The notes: generated by a model from the letters alone, not told the origin. Shown: positions 8,674 to 18,940, counted from the stretch's first letter. The stretch: 64,000 bases of DNA from a candidate division FCPU426 bacterium (GCA_963719085.1 CAVRAL010000004.1:672001-736000), one strand, 5' to 3'. Made by a program: numbers and translations.

Positions 8674-10509
8674 TTACAGCAGGCCCATCCCGGTCACTTC
8701 GTAAACTTTCACGGGCTCGGTAAATCCTTTTAAGGCGATCGGCTCCAGCGGTTTCACGTCGATCAAACCTTTTAGTTTTCGGAAAGTCGATTCGGAAATG
8801 AGCGTCTGGCCCGGCGCGGCCTTGGAGCAAAGCCGGGAGGATAAATTCACCTCTTCGCCGATCACCGTGTAATCGGTCCGCTTGTCCGAACCCAGGTTGC
8901 CCGATACCACCACGCCCGTATTAATGCCAATGCCCATGGTCAGGGCCGGGCGGTTGTTTTGCAGCCGCACCTGGTTATACCGCGCCAAAACCGCCTGCAT
9001 GTCGAGCGCGCATTGAACCGCCCTCAGTTCCTTATCCTCAAACGGCACCGGTGCCCCCCAAACCGCCATGATGGCGTCGCCGATAAATTTATCCAGCGTG
9101 CCTTCGTATTTTAGGACCACGTCCACCATTAGGGAGAAATACTCGTTCAGGTCCGCGACCAGTTTTTCCGGCGCCATATTCTCGCTCATGGCGGTAAAGC
9201 CCCGGATATCGGTGAACATGATCACGCAGTCCCGCCGCTCCCCTTTCAAGGCCACGCCCTCACCCGATTCCAAAATTTTCTTGGCCACCTCGGGGGAAAC
9301 ATATTTGCCCAGGATATTGGTGACCCGTTCCTTTTCGCGCAATCCCACGATCATTTCATTGAAAGCGCGGGCCAAAAGGCCCAACTCATCCTTGGTTTGA
9401 ACCGGCACCTGAACGGAAAGATTGCCCTGGCCCACTTGCCGGACTCCCTTTAAAAGACTGTTCAAGGGCGCCGTGATGCGCTGGGAAATAAAAAGCGCGA
9501 TGCCAAAGGCGAAGACCACCCCGAGTACCCCGATGATGACGATGGAGTGCTGAAGATTTTTTTCCAACGCCAGCGCCTTATCCAGCGACCGCAAAATCGC
9601 GTAGTCCCCCAAAATCTGCCCCTGGGTGTCCCGAAGCGGCGCGAAAAGACAAAGGTAGTTCTCGCCGTTTAAAACCAACGGCAAGGGCTTGGATTGGGTG
9701 TCCGTCGCCCACCGGCTGTCCGGCGGCGCCAAAGGCGCCAAGGCTTGAGCCACCAAACTATTTTGACCCTCATTCCAAGTGGATCCAAAAACCTGCTTTT
9801 GGATTAAAAAAGCGATTTCACTGTCGGTCATGTTTTTCATTTTTTCGGCCAGGTCTTTGTCCAAGGCCGAGCCCAAAATCACCGCGCCCAAAGTATCGCC
9901 GCGGCTGGTGATGGGGAACGTCACGGTTTGATAAGCCAGCACCTTAGGTTTGTCGCCGCTGGAAGGCGGCGGGGTATAGGCATAAAGCAACCCGCCTTTG
10001 GAAAATTGCCCCGCGAGCGCCAGCTTCACATTCGGCCAGTCGGCGGCGGAGGAAGCCGGTTGGTCCTCCATTTTTTTGGGGTCCGGATCCCGGCCTTCCC
10101 TTAAAGCCAGGATATCCTCGGGCACATGATGGGAATCAAACAAGACGCGCCCGGTTTTGTCGGTCACGATAAAAAGCGGCGCCCGCACCACGCCGTTTAA
10201 ATCCAGGCACAACTCGCTCACGGTGGCCCGCAGCGCGTCAAATTTGGGCCGGCGCACATCCAGCGCCGCCGTCAACCGGGGAAGACCCGAAATCAGGAAC
10301 GCTTTATCGGATAAGTTAGCCGTATTGTCGTCCACAAAACTATTGAAGGTGGAAAGCGTGCGGTTTAAATCGGCGTTCAGGGCGCCCAGGCTTTCGGATT
10401 GAAGACGCTCATTGAGGCTGTAAAGAACCGCAGCGGTCAAGACCACCACCAAAAGGGTGACCGCGATGAGAAGCTTGTCGCGCAGGCGTAAAAAACGGGC
10501 GGGAGACAT
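8674..10509 (-). CDS. Membrane class III adenylate cyclase with extracytoplasmic sensor and HAMP domain
   Basis: Two TM segments; HAMP (P..DELGLLARAFNEM); FTDIRGFT, DKFIGDAIMA, GIGINTG, YTVIGEEVNLSSRL. Lys/Asp specificity residues point to ATP. Confidence 0.92.
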   Translation of the reverse strand: MSPARFLRLRDKLLIAVTLLVVVLTAAVLYSLNERLQSESLGALNADLNRTLSTFNSFVDDNTANLSDKAFLISGLPRLTAALDVRRPKFDALRATVSELCLDLNGVVRAPLFIVTDKTGRVLFDSHHVPEDILALREGRDPDPKKMEDQPASSAADWPNVKLALAGQFSKGGLLYAYTPPPSSGDKPKVLAYQTVTFPITSRGDTLGAVILGSALDKDLAEKMKNMTDSEIAFLIQKQVFGSTWNEGQNSLVAQALAPLAPPDSRWATDTQSKPLPLVLNGENYLCLFAPLRDTQGQILGDYAILRSLDKALALEKNLQHSIVIIGVLGVVFAFGIALFISQRITAPLNSLLKGVRQVGQGNLSVQVPVQTKDELGLLARAFNEMIVGLREKERVTNILGKYVSPEVAKKILESGEGVALKGERRDCVIMFTDIRGFTAMSENMAPEKLVADLNEYFSLMVDVVLKYEGTLDKFIGDAIMAVWGAPVPFEDKELRAVQCALDMQAVLARYNQVRLQNNRPALTMGIGINTGVVVSGNLGSDKRTDYTVIGEEVNLSSRLCSKAAPGQTLISESTFRKLKGLIDVKPLEPIALKGFTEPVKVYEVTGMGLL

Positions 10510-10510
10510 T

Positions 10511-11197
10511 TTAGTTTTGCGCCTTATCCAAGGTAATATCGGCTTGGGTGGCTTTTCCTTTTTTGACGGTAACGGTTTGGGTCACGGGGGCCCAGTAGTC
10601 ATGCCAAGCCACCAACTGATAATGGCCCGCAGGCACATGAGATAATTCATAATGACCGCCCGGCGCCACCACGGTGAAATAGGGGTTTTGAAGCACTAAA
10701 AGATGGGCCTTCATGGAAGCGTGGATCTCGCAATAAAGCTTCACGTCCTCCGGATACTTAAACTTCACCCGGGCGGTCTCGCCCTTTAATTTTTTGCCCA
10801 GGTCAAACTTGGGATTCACTTGGGAATTGGAAAAAATATTGTGGTACACCGCGTCCTGATTGGCGAATTCCACCGTGGTTCCCGCCAAGATCGGCAATAC
10901 CCGGTGGCTGAATTGAATGTATTTTTGTTCCAACAACACGGGTTCTTTCGGCGCCGCGAAGGTGCCGGGGACTTTTTTCAAATAAACCACGATTTCCTCG
11001 GGCAAAGCGTGGGAGGTGGCTGAAGACGGGGGCGCGCCGTAATTGCTTTTTCCATAATTGGAACCATAGGCTTGGGGTGGAGCCGGCCGGGGCGGGGCCG
11101 TAACGGTGATTGTTCCTTCCAAACTGCCCCGCGTCGTCCCCGCCCAAAGCGGATTGGAAAATAAAAGAAGGCACGCGGCGAGAATAAAGGAGGCCAT
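10511..11197 (-). CDS. Exported cupredoxin-like / carboxypeptidase-regulatory-like domain protein
   Basis: Start reassigned to the ATG of MASFILAACLLLF (signal peptide). GTTVEF.N.D...HNIFS and YCEIHASM motifs; C-terminal VPAGHYQLVAWH beta-sandwich. Confidence 0.8.
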   Translation of the reverse strand: MASFILAACLLLFSNPLWAGTTRGSLEGTITVTAPPRPAPPQAYGSNYGKSNYGAPPSSATSHALPEEIVVYLKKVPGTFAAPKEPVLLEQKYIQFSHRVLPILAGTTVEFANQDAVYHNIFSNSQVNPKFDLGKKLKGETARVKFKYPEDVKLYCEIHASMKAHLLVLQNPYFTVVAPGGHYELSHVPAGHYQLVAWHDYWAPVTQTVTVKKGKATQADITLDKAQN

Positions 11198-11374
11198 GGG
11201 ATATCCGGACCGAACCAGGATTGAAAACCCGCTTAGTTTAACGGCCTGCCGAAAGAAGGACAAGGGTCGTGGATTTTGGCGGCTTCCTTCAGGAATAGCC
11301 GCCGAAATCTGGTAGAATGCGCGGCTATGTGCCGCCAAGCGGTGCCATGCGCCACTCATTTAAGGAAAGTCGGT

Positions 11375-12976
11375 ATGCCGGACCCACTCTTAACCAACGA
11401 AATTAAAAACGCGGTCGCCAAACGGCGCACCTTCGCCATTATCAGCCATCCGGACGCGGGAAAAACCACGCTCACCGAAAAGCTTTTGCTTTATTCCGGC
11501 ATGATCCAAACCGCCGGCATGGTTCGGGGAAGAAAAGGCGGCAAAGTGGCCGTCTCCGACTGGATGGGCATGGAACAAGAGCGGGGTATCTCGATCACGG
11601 CCTCCGCCATGCAGTTTCCTTATAAGAGCGCCGTGATCAATGTTTTGGACACCCCGGGCCATCAGGACTTTTCCGAGGACACCTACCGAACCCTCACCGC
11701 CGCCGACTGCGCCATCATGGTCATTGACGCGGCCAAGGGCGTGGAAACCCAAACCCGAAAACTGTTCGAGGTCTGCCGCCTGCGGGGCATTCCAGTCATG
11801 ACCTTCATCAACAAGATGGACCTGCCCGGCCGCGACCCGCTGGATTTAATGCAGGAGGTCGAGGAAGTTTTAGGCATCCACGCTTCCCCGGTGAATTGGC
11901 CCGTGGGATCGGGCCGGGAATTCGTGGGCGTGGCCGACCGAAGAACGAAGGATCTTTTGCTCTTCGCCAAGGTTTCCATCGGCGGCGCGTCCAAAGCGGC
12001 CGTGGAGCGGGTGGCCTTGAGCGACCCGGAATTAAAGACCCATATGTCCGACGAGCTTTTTGAGAAGTTGAACCACGATTTGGAGCTTTTAGAAGTGGCC
12101 GGCAACCCCTACGATCATTCGGAATTTTTGCGGGGTAAAGTGACCCCGGTTTTTTTCGCCTCGGCCCTCACCAACTTCGGTGTGGAGCCTTTTTTTGACG
12201 CTTTCGTCGAGATGGCTCCGCCGCCCTCGGCCCGGATCGCGGATGAAGACGGCGGCGACGAGATTTTTATCGACCCCGTGGAAACGCCTTTTTCCGCTTA
12301 CGTGTTCAAACTGCAGGCCAATATGAATCCCAAACACCGGGACTCCACGGCCTTTCTTCGGATTTGCTCCGGGCGCTTTGAGAAAGATTTGGTGGTGAAG
12401 CACCACCGGCTGGACAAAGACCTTCGCCTGTCCCGGCCCCACACCATGCTGGCCGCGGACCGCAACAACTTGGATGTGGCTTATCCGGGCGACATCGTGG
12501 GCGTCATTAACCCGGGCGTTTTCGCCATCGGCGATACCATTTCCCTCACCGGCGGCTTCAGCTTTAAACCTTTGCCTTCCTTCCAACCTGAAATTTTCTC
12601 CCGAATCCGCCCCAAGGACGTGTTGAAACGAAAACCCTTCGACAAGGGCGTCCAACAAATGACGGACGAGGGCGCGATTCAGATGTTGAAAAGTTGGGAT
12701 GGGCTCGACTTTTACGTGGCGGCCGTGGGGCGGCTTCAGTTCGACGTTTTGCAGTATCGCTTAAAATCCGAGTATGGGGTCGAGACCGAACTCGATCTTC
12801 TCCCTTTCACTTGCAGCGCCTGGCTTCAAGGCAACGCCGATACGTTTGACCCGCCGGTCCAAGTCCTAAAAACGAGGGACCGGATGGACCGTCCGGTGAT
12901 TTTATTTCGAACGCCCTGGGACAAGGAATATACCGCGCGCAAGTGTCCCGATTTCCAATTCTTAGATATGGCCTAG
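11375..12976 (+). CDS. prfC: Peptide chain release factor 3
   Basis: RRTFAIISHPDAGKTT, SDWM..EQERGIS, DTPGHQDFSEDTYR, NKMD; start placed at MPDP after AAGGA. Confidence 0.96.
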   Translation: MPDPLLTNEIKNAVAKRRTFAIISHPDAGKTTLTEKLLLYSGMIQTAGMVRGRKGGKVAVSDWMGMEQERGISITASAMQFPYKSAVINVLDTPGHQDFSEDTYRTLTAADCAIMVIDAAKGVETQTRKLFEVCRLRGIPVMTFINKMDLPGRDPLDLMQEVEEVLGIHASPVNWPVGSGREFVGVADRRTKDLLLFAKVSIGGASKAAVERVALSDPELKTHMSDELFEKLNHDLELLEVAGNPYDHSEFLRGKVTPVFFASALTNFGVEPFFDAFVEMAPPPSARIADEDGGDEIFIDPVETPFSAYVFKLQANMNPKHRDSTAFLRICSGRFEKDLVVKHHRLDKDLRLSRPHTMLAADRNNLDVAYPGDIVGVINPGVFAIGDTISLTGGFSFKPLPSFQPEIFSRIRPKDVLKRKPFDKGVQQMTDEGAIQMLKSWDGLDFYVAAVGRLQFDVLQYRLKSEYGVETELDLLPFTCSAWLQGNADTFDPPVQVLKTRDRMDRPVILFRTPWDKEYTARKCPDFQFLDMA

Positions 12977-13133
12977 GAGGCTCGATCGGATTATCAAAAC
13001 GTCATAATAAACGGGAGATTTCAACGGCCCGCTTCCAGGACTCCGCCCCACCTCAACCTCATCCAAATTTTAACGCCTATCCGTTTTAAAATTCAGATTG
13101 ACCCTTTTTCTAAAGGCAATTAAGGTAAATCCA

Positions 13134-14060
13134 ATGCGAGACAATTTTAAATTCATCATGATTTCCGCGATGTACGAAAACGGCGGGAATACCACCCACC
13201 GTTTTTTTGACAACCATGAACAGATTTTTGTTTATCCTTTTGAATCCCAACTCGGAACCAAACTGGCCGGCGATTATTTGGACGGAGTTTTCCCCAAAAA
13301 ATACCGGTGGCCTTCTTTTGACCTAAGCGCTTCCGCCGCCGAGGATTACCACGCCATCATTGATGAAGAATGCAAGGTCCGCGTCCGGACCCCCCAATCC
13401 AGCAAATTCCGCGATACCCCCATGGAACTGGATGATGAGGAGCGAAAAAAAATATTTATCGCTTTGATGGCGGAGGGGCCGCGGACCCGGGGCAAAATCA
13501 TCGAGAATTTTTTCCGGGCGACCTTTGAGGCTTGGAAGGACTACCGCAAACCCAGCCAGCCTCTGGCGACGATGGGCTATAGCCCCATTATTATCGTGGA
13601 CGCGCCGAAAATTTTAGCCGACCTGCCGGAAGCCCACGTCCTTCATATTGTCCGCAACCCTTGGTCCGCTTACGCGGACACCAAGAAACGCGCGGTCCCC
13701 TTGTCTTTGGAGCATTACATGCTGGGTTGGTCGTTGTGCCAGTCCACGGCGCTTTATTGGAAAAAACGCGAACCCAAACGCGTCCATGTGCTTCGGATCG
13801 AGGACATACTAAAAGACCCGCGGGGAGTGCTGGGGGCCTTTTGCGAGACGATCGGATTGAACCCATCGGCCAGCCTCGCCTCGCCGTCTTGGAACGGCAC
13901 CCCGCTTAAGACCGTTTATCCTTGGGGCACCATTCGGACGCCCACGCCCGAAGCCAACCGCAAGACCGCTCAAGAGCTGGCCGAACAGGAACGGCAAGAA
14001 ATCACCGAGCGCGCCGCTCCCTGGATCAAACTTTTCGGATACGAAGATTTTGGCGGCTGA
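13134..14060 (+). CDS. Sulfotransferase-family protein
   Basis: P-loop-like ENGGNTT, HIVRNP..AYAD (3'-PB-like), LRIEDIL.DP and F...IGL motifs; start uncertain (13098 or 13134). Confidence 0.8.
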   Translation: MRDNFKFIMISAMYENGGNTTHRFFDNHEQIFVYPFESQLGTKLAGDYLDGVFPKKYRWPSFDLSASAAEDYHAIIDEECKVRVRTPQSSKFRDTPMELDDEERKKIFIALMAEGPRTRGKIIENFFRATFEAWKDYRKPSQPLATMGYSPIIIVDAPKILADLPEAHVLHIVRNPWSAYADTKKRAVPLSLEHYMLGWSLCQSTALYWKKREPKRVHVLRIEDILKDPRGVLGAFCETIGLNPSASLASPSWNGTPLKTVYPWGTIRTPTPEANRKTAQELAEQERQEITERAAPWIKLFGYEDFGG

Positions 14061-14086
14061 CATCTTCCGAAAACAAAGGTTTTCAG

Positions 14087-14779
14087 ATGAGACCTGAACT
14101 CTCGGTGGTTCTTCCCGTCCACAACCAAGCGGATCATATCGCCGCCGTGCTTCGCCAATATTATTTTCAATTTAAGAACCGGCCCTGGGAAATTATCCTC
14201 GTTCCCAACGCCTGCCGGGACGACTCGGTCCGGATCTGCCGGGAAATAGCTTCCCGCCACCGGAACACCCGGTTGGTGGAAAATCCAAAAGGCGGCTGGG
14301 GCCTTTCGGTGCGCGTGGGCCTGGAAAAAGCCAGGGGGCGTTACTTATGCTATACCAATTCAGCCCGAACCGATCCGGCCACCATCGTCGCGCTTTTTAA
14401 AAAGTTCAAGCGCGCTCCCCAATCTTTAGCCAAAGTAGACCGTCATTTCCGGGGGAACTGGTTTCGGGAAGGGGGTTCTTGGCTGTACAATCTGGAATGC
14501 CGATGGTTATTAGGGCTTCCAACTTGGGATGTGAACGGCACGCCTAAAATTTTTTCCGCGGCCACCTTCCGAAAGGTCTCGTTGAGATCAACCGGGGACC
14601 TGCTCGACGCCGAATTGCTGGCCCAATGCCGCGACTTAAAAATTCCACTGCTCGAGGCGCCGATCAAGGGCTGGGTCCGTCACGGCGGCAAGTCCTCCAT
14701 GAGCCTCAAAAGCGCGCTGCGTCTTTATGGGGGACCTTTCGGATTCTTCGGGCAAAAAAGACGAAAGGATCACGCGTGA
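14087..14779 (+). CDS. Glycosyltransferase family 2
   Basis: LSVVLPVHNQ, EIILVPN...D.S, GWG.SVR.GL; the usual DxD is replaced by TNS. Confidence 0.85.
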   Translation: MRPELSVVLPVHNQADHIAAVLRQYYFQFKNRPWEIILVPNACRDDSVRICREIASRHRNTRLVENPKGGWGLSVRVGLEKARGRYLCYTNSARTDPATIVALFKKFKRAPQSLAKVDRHFRGNWFREGGSWLYNLECRWLLGLPTWDVNGTPKIFSAATFRKVSLRSTGDLLDAELLAQCRDLKIPLLEAPIKGWVRHGGKSSMSLKSALRLYGGPFGFFGQKRRKDHA

Positions 14780-15822
14780 ACCCCCACTTGATGTTCCGAA
14801 ACCCGGCGCAGGTGGTCGGTCTTTGGAATGAGTCGACTTTCAACCCAAACCTTTTAGAGGCGAAGACCGATAAGGGTTGGACCGAAACCCTGGGCCGCTT
14901 GGGCGTGACGCTTTTGGTCAGCCGCGAGTATGAGCACTTGGTTCTGGCTTTGGAACCGAGGCTGACCACTTGGTTTTACATCCCGCATCCGTCCGGATTG
15001 TTGGTGGACCGCGCCCAGAACAGCCTTCATATCGCCTGCACCCGGAACCCCAATCTTTTGATGGAACTCAAGGGGGAAGTGCTGATGCCCACCCGGGCCC
15101 GGTTTTTCCCCGGCTCGTTGTACCTGCATGAACTGGCGCTCATTGGAAAAACCATTTATGGAAACGCCGTGGGTGAAAACACGATCGTGAGCTTGGACTA
15201 TAACAACGGCGCCAAACGGGTTTGGTGGCCGGCTTGTATCGGGCGAAAAAAGCCGGTTTTTCACAAGAACCATATTCAGTTGAACTCGATCGCGGCCGGA
15301 AAAACCTTAAAGGACTCCTTTTTCTCGGCGTCCAGCGATCAAATCCTTCGAAAGGTGCCGGGTGATTTGGATTTTCCAGTGGATCGAAAAGGGGTCATCT
15401 TTTCCGGCACCACAAGAGAGCCGGTTGCCCGGGGCCTGACGCGCCCTCATTCCGCCCGGCTTCATCGCTCCCAATTGTGGGTGGATAACAGCGGCTATGG
15501 CGAAGTGGGACAAATTGTCGGCGGGAAGTTTGAGCCTTTGGCCAAGCTTCAAGGTTGGACCCGCGGTTTGTGCTTTATTCAGGATGTTCTTTTTGTGGGA
15601 GTGTCAAAAGTGCTGCCGCGATTCAAAGCCTACGCACCCGGCCTCGATTTCAGGAAAAGTTGGTGCGGGATCGTCGCGTTGAACCCCAAAACCGGGCGGG
15701 TTTTGGGAAAAATCACCTGGCCCCGGGGAAATCAAATTTTCTCGATTGAATGGATGAAAAACGCCCGCTTCCCTTTCGGGAGCGGAGCCAACGCAGGTAA
15801 GATTTTTTACGGGCGGAATTAA
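14776..15822 (+). CDS. TIGR03032 / DUF4915 family protein
   Basis: GTGA overlap with the GT2 stop. LHELA, W.P, H..LNSIA, GL..PHSARLH...LWVDNSGYG, GWTRGL, FVGVSK. Confidence 0.85.
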   Translation: MNPHLMFRNPAQVVGLWNESTFNPNLLEAKTDKGWTETLGRLGVTLLVSREYEHLVLALEPRLTTWFYIPHPSGLLVDRAQNSLHIACTRNPNLLMELKGEVLMPTRARFFPGSLYLHELALIGKTIYGNAVGENTIVSLDYNNGAKRVWWPACIGRKKPVFHKNHIQLNSIAAGKTLKDSFFSASSDQILRKVPGDLDFPVDRKGVIFSGTTREPVARGLTRPHSARLHRSQLWVDNSGYGEVGQIVGGKFEPLAKLQGWTRGLCFIQDVLFVGVSKVLPRFKAYAPGLDFRKSWCGIVALNPKTGRVLGKITWPRGNQIFSIEWMKNARFPFGSGANAGKIFYGRN

Positions 15823-15850
15823 GCGGCCAGCTTAAAGACCGGATTAAAAA

Positions 15851-16033
15851 TTAAGCCGGTTTTAAGGACGGCGCGGCCGCGGCCTTGCGGCTGCGGTGAT
15901 TCAAGTCCGACAGGCAATTCCAGCAGTAGAAAACCCCGTTTTCCTCAACGATATGGATTTCCAACTCGCCCACGAATTGACAATGGTCGCACTGAAACAA
16001 AATACCTTCGGCGTATTGATCCAGTTTTAACAT
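15851..16033 (-). CDS. Small putative zinc-finger protein (60 aa)
   Basis: CDHC and CWNC pairs; AGGAGG RBS upstream. Confidence 0.7.
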   Translation of the reverse strand: MLKLDQYAEGILFQCDHCQFVGELEIHIVEENGVFYCWNCLSDLNHRSRKAAAAPSLKPA

Positions 16034-16181
16034 AAATCCTCCTTTCCAAGAAAACTCGCGTCGGGAGGCGTGGACGTCAGCGTGGGAGAGGTGAAGGGTG
16101 GGCGTTCGTCGTCAGCAGTCTCTAAAAAAAAGGTTACGTCTCAGTTACAAAAACAAGCTCGTCTTGTAACAACCGAACGTC

Positions 16182-16580
16182 TTAGCGGGCGTAAACCGGA
16201 TACAAATAAGCTCTTTCGCCCGGCTTAAAAAAATAACCCAAGGCCAGCGACTCCTTGATGTATTTATCATTTTGAAACTCAAAAGGCACCTTGCGGTCAT
16301 CCCAGCGCCGCACCCGGTAATGGCGGTAGGCCGTTCCGTAAGCGTGGCTGGTGGAATAGGTCAATTTCTCGTGGCGGGACGGCGGGACGTTGTCAAAATT
16401 AATCGTTCGCTGATAGCTATAACTGTTATCGGGGCTCCCGCCGTTAACGGTTCGGTTGATCCCGAAGTTTGAGGAACTGAAAGAAGCGCTTTGCGTGGAA
16501 GAGTAAACGGTCTTCATCGGAGGCGCAGCCAAAGCCAAACCCGGGAGCAGCGTTAAAAAAAGGACGGTTGTTTTGGTCAT
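16182..16580 (-). CDS. Exported hypothetical protein (132 aa)
   Basis: Signal peptide ending ALA; same strand as and downstream of lpdA. Confidence 0.7.
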   Translation of the reverse strand: MTKTTVLFLTLLPGLALAAPPMKTVYSSTQSASFSSSNFGINRTVNGGSPDNSYSYQRTINFDNVPPSRHEKLTYSTSHAYGTAYRHYRVRRWDDRKVPFEFQNDKYIKESLALGYFFKPGERAYLYPVYAR

Positions 16581-16601
16581 GAGCCCTTCCCAGGCGGGCC
16601 G

Positions 16602-17885
16602 TTAATGCCCGCTGAAAATCTCGTTCAGGGTGGGATGCGGATGGACCACCCGTGAAAGCTCCTCCATTGTAACCCCGCGCGTGACCAGCACACAAGCCTC
16701 GCCGATGAGGTCGGTCGCCTCGGGACCGGCCAAATGCGCCCCTAAAATACGCCCCGAATCGCCGTCATAAACTATTTTGCCAAACCCCTGGATTTCGCCC
16801 AAAATGCGGGCCTTGCTGTTGGCGGCGAAGTTGTTTTTTTGAACCTTCACGTTTTTAAACTTCAAAGCCGCTTCCTTTTCGGTAAGGCCTACGGAGGCGA
16901 TTTCGGGGGAGGTGAACACCACATGGGGCACCTTGGAATCGTCCATGGTTTCCGTGGAGCCCGCCAAATGGCCCGCGGCGATCCGGGCGTGCTCGTAAGC
17001 CGTGTGGGCATAGGGGAACCGCCCGGTCAAATCGCCCAGCGCGTAAACACCCGGCACCGAGCTTTCCATAAATCCGTTCGTCTCAATTTTTCCATTTTGG
17101 GTTTTTAATCCCAGTGACGGAATTCCGGCTAAATCCGAGTTGGGCGCGCGGCCGACGGCCACCAAGACCAACTCCTCGTCTTTGCGCTGGATTTGGGGCG
17201 CGCCCAGTTCCACCTCGACTCCCAATTTTCGAACCGAGTTTAAAATCAGTTGAGCCAGTTCCTCTTCCATCGCCGGCAAGAGGGACGGCATCACGTCGCC
17301 CATGCGGACCTTCACGCCCAGTTGGGCGTAAAGGCAGGCGAATTCCAAACCGATCACGCCCGCTCCCACGATGAGAAGGGACTTGGGCAAGCGGGGTTGG
17401 CTTAAAAGCTCATCGCTAGTCACCACCGTTTCGCTCAAGGGAAAAGCCGGAAGGCTTTTGGGCCTGGATCCGACGGCCAAAAAAAGTGTTTTGGCCTCGT
17501 AGGTTTCGCCGTTACAAGTGACCTGGGTGGGACTTTGGATTTGGGCTTCGCCTTGAACCACTTCGACCTTCGCCGCCGAAAGGAGCGATTGAATTCCCCG
17601 CTCTAAAACAGAAACGGTTTTCTGGGTGCGCTCCACCAGCGTGGGAAAATTCAAGCGGACGTTATCGGCTTCCAATCCCCAAGACTTTCCTTCGCGCGCC
17701 AGATTGAAATAGCGGGTCGCCGCCGATTGCAAAAGTTTGGTGGGAATGCAGCCCACTTGCAGGCAGGAGCCGCCGATTTTCTTTTTCTCAAATAAGGCGA
17801 CGGTTTTTCCCTGCCGGCCCAAAAGGGACGCCGCGGTATAACCGCCCGGACCCCCGCCGATGACCAACGCGTCGAATTTTTTCAT
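16602..17885 (-). CDS. lpdA: Dihydrolipoyl dehydrogenase
   Basis: GGGPGGY, redox GGSCLQVGCIPTK, GAGVIGLE, VVFTSPEIASVG, HPHPTLNE. Confidence 0.93.
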   Translation of the reverse strand: MKKFDALVIGGGPGGYTAASLLGRQGKTVALFEKKKIGGSCLQVGCIPTKLLQSAATRYFNLAREGKSWGLEADNVRLNFPTLVERTQKTVSVLERGIQSLLSAAKVEVVQGEAQIQSPTQVTCNGETYEAKTLFLAVGSRPKSLPAFPLSETVVTSDELLSQPRLPKSLLIVGAGVIGLEFACLYAQLGVKVRMGDVMPSLLPAMEEELAQLILNSVRKLGVEVELGAPQIQRKDEELVLVAVGRAPNSDLAGIPSLGLKTQNGKIETNGFMESSVPGVYALGDLTGRFPYAHTAYEHARIAAGHLAGSTETMDDSKVPHVVFTSPEIASVGLTEKEAALKFKNVKVQKNNFAANSKARILGEIQGFGKIVYDGDSGRILGAHLAGPEATDLIGEACVLVTRGVTMEELSRVVHPHPTLNEIFSGH

Positions 17886-17904
17886 GGTTGTGATCTCACT
17901 TAAA

Positions 17905-18621
17905 CTATAGCTTTACGGAAGCCGGGAACGGGGTCAAGATTTTTTCAAAAACAACTCCGGCCCGCTCAAAAGCGGCCACGACGGCGTCTTCCAACTGGGA
18001 GGCGGTCACGGCCGACCCCGCTTGGTCATTCAGCCCGGTCATGGCTTCCAAAGCTTCCGGACGGTAGGCCTTTCGCCAATCCTCCGACACCGAAAGCAGG
18101 ATAGCGCCTTGTTGTAAAAAAACGTCCGCTTCCCGGGCCTGAGCGCCGCCGGAAATTTTTCGCCCCCCCAAGGTCAACTCGCATTTGGAAGGCGCGGAAA
18201 AACAATGGCTCAGTCCTTGGGCCGGGGAGCGGCGAGGCGCTTGGGACAGTTCAACGGCTCGATTTAGCTTTTGAAAGGATTCTTTTAAAATCACGCTTAT
18301 TTTTTGATAGCTGGTCAAAAGGTCCCCCCCGACCAAGGGGTCCCGGGTGGAAGCGATGACGGAGTAACATAAATCTTCCCGGCCATGCAAAACCGTCCAG
18401 CCACCGGTCGGGCGGATTTCATAGGGGTGAGGCAGTTGATCCAGGGAGACCCGCCGGGATTCCAACCGGCCTAAGGTAAAAGTGGGTTTTGTGAATTGAA
18501 AAAAACGAAGCAGGGGTTTGTCCCCCCGTTGAAAGGCTTTAAAAACCTTCCGGTCCAGCTCCATCTGTCCCTCGTCGGGGACAAAGGAGGAAGAAAGAAG
18601 TTTCCAAGAAGACGGGGTCAC
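17905..18621 (-). CDS. Lipoate-protein ligase A family (LipM/LplA-like)
   Basis: M..D, LRFF....PT.TLG, RPTGG..VLH, CF....ELT..GRKISGGAQ.R, QQGAI. Confidence 0.88.
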   Translation of the reverse strand: MTPSSWKLLSSSFVPDEGQMELDRKVFKAFQRGDKPLLRFFQFTKPTFTLGRLESRRVSLDQLPHPYEIRPTGGWTVLHGREDLCYSVIASTRDPLVGGDLLTSYQKISVILKESFQKLNRAVELSQAPRRSPAQGLSHCFSAPSKCELTLGGRKISGGAQAREADVFLQQGAILLSVSEDWRKAYRPEALEAMTGLNDQAGSAVTASQLEDAVVAAFERAGVVFEKILTPFPASVKL

Positions 18622-18854
18622 CAGACCGGAATTTCTTTGCCGTCAAAAAGCTTGAAGGAAAGCCCTGCGGCCACGCCTTCGAGCTTATGTTGCAGCACCA
18701 TGACGGCCCAAGTCGGCGCGCAGCCCTTCACCACCACATGTTTTCCCCGATAGCTTTCCATATCCAGTTGGGGCAGTTTGGACTTGAGAGAATTTTCGCT
18801 TACCTTGCCGCTCATATCGGCCAACACATCCGTGTTCATCTCGATTTTTTCCAT
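18618..18854 (-). CDS. Small protein resembling one repeat of DUF2480 (78 aa)
   Basis: LD...Y.GKHVVVKGC.P.WA pattern; stop overlaps the ligase GTG start. Confidence 0.7.
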   Translation of the reverse strand: MEKIEMNTDVLADMSGKVSENSLKSKLPQLDMESYRGKHVVVKGCAPTWAVMVLQHKLEGVAAGLSFKLFDGKEIPVW

Positions 18855-18894
18855 GAAACAAACCCCTTTTCCCGCGAAAAACTTCGCGGATAAC

Positions 18895-18928
18895 AAAAAA
18901 GGCGGAGGGAAAAATCCCCCCGCCTTTT
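18895..18928 (-). terminator. Probable intrinsic terminator after erpA
   Basis: GC-rich stem ggcggaggga/tccccccgcc flanked by A/T tracts, giving U6 on the minus strand. Confidence 0.7.
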
Positions 18929-18940
18929 AGACCAACTCTT

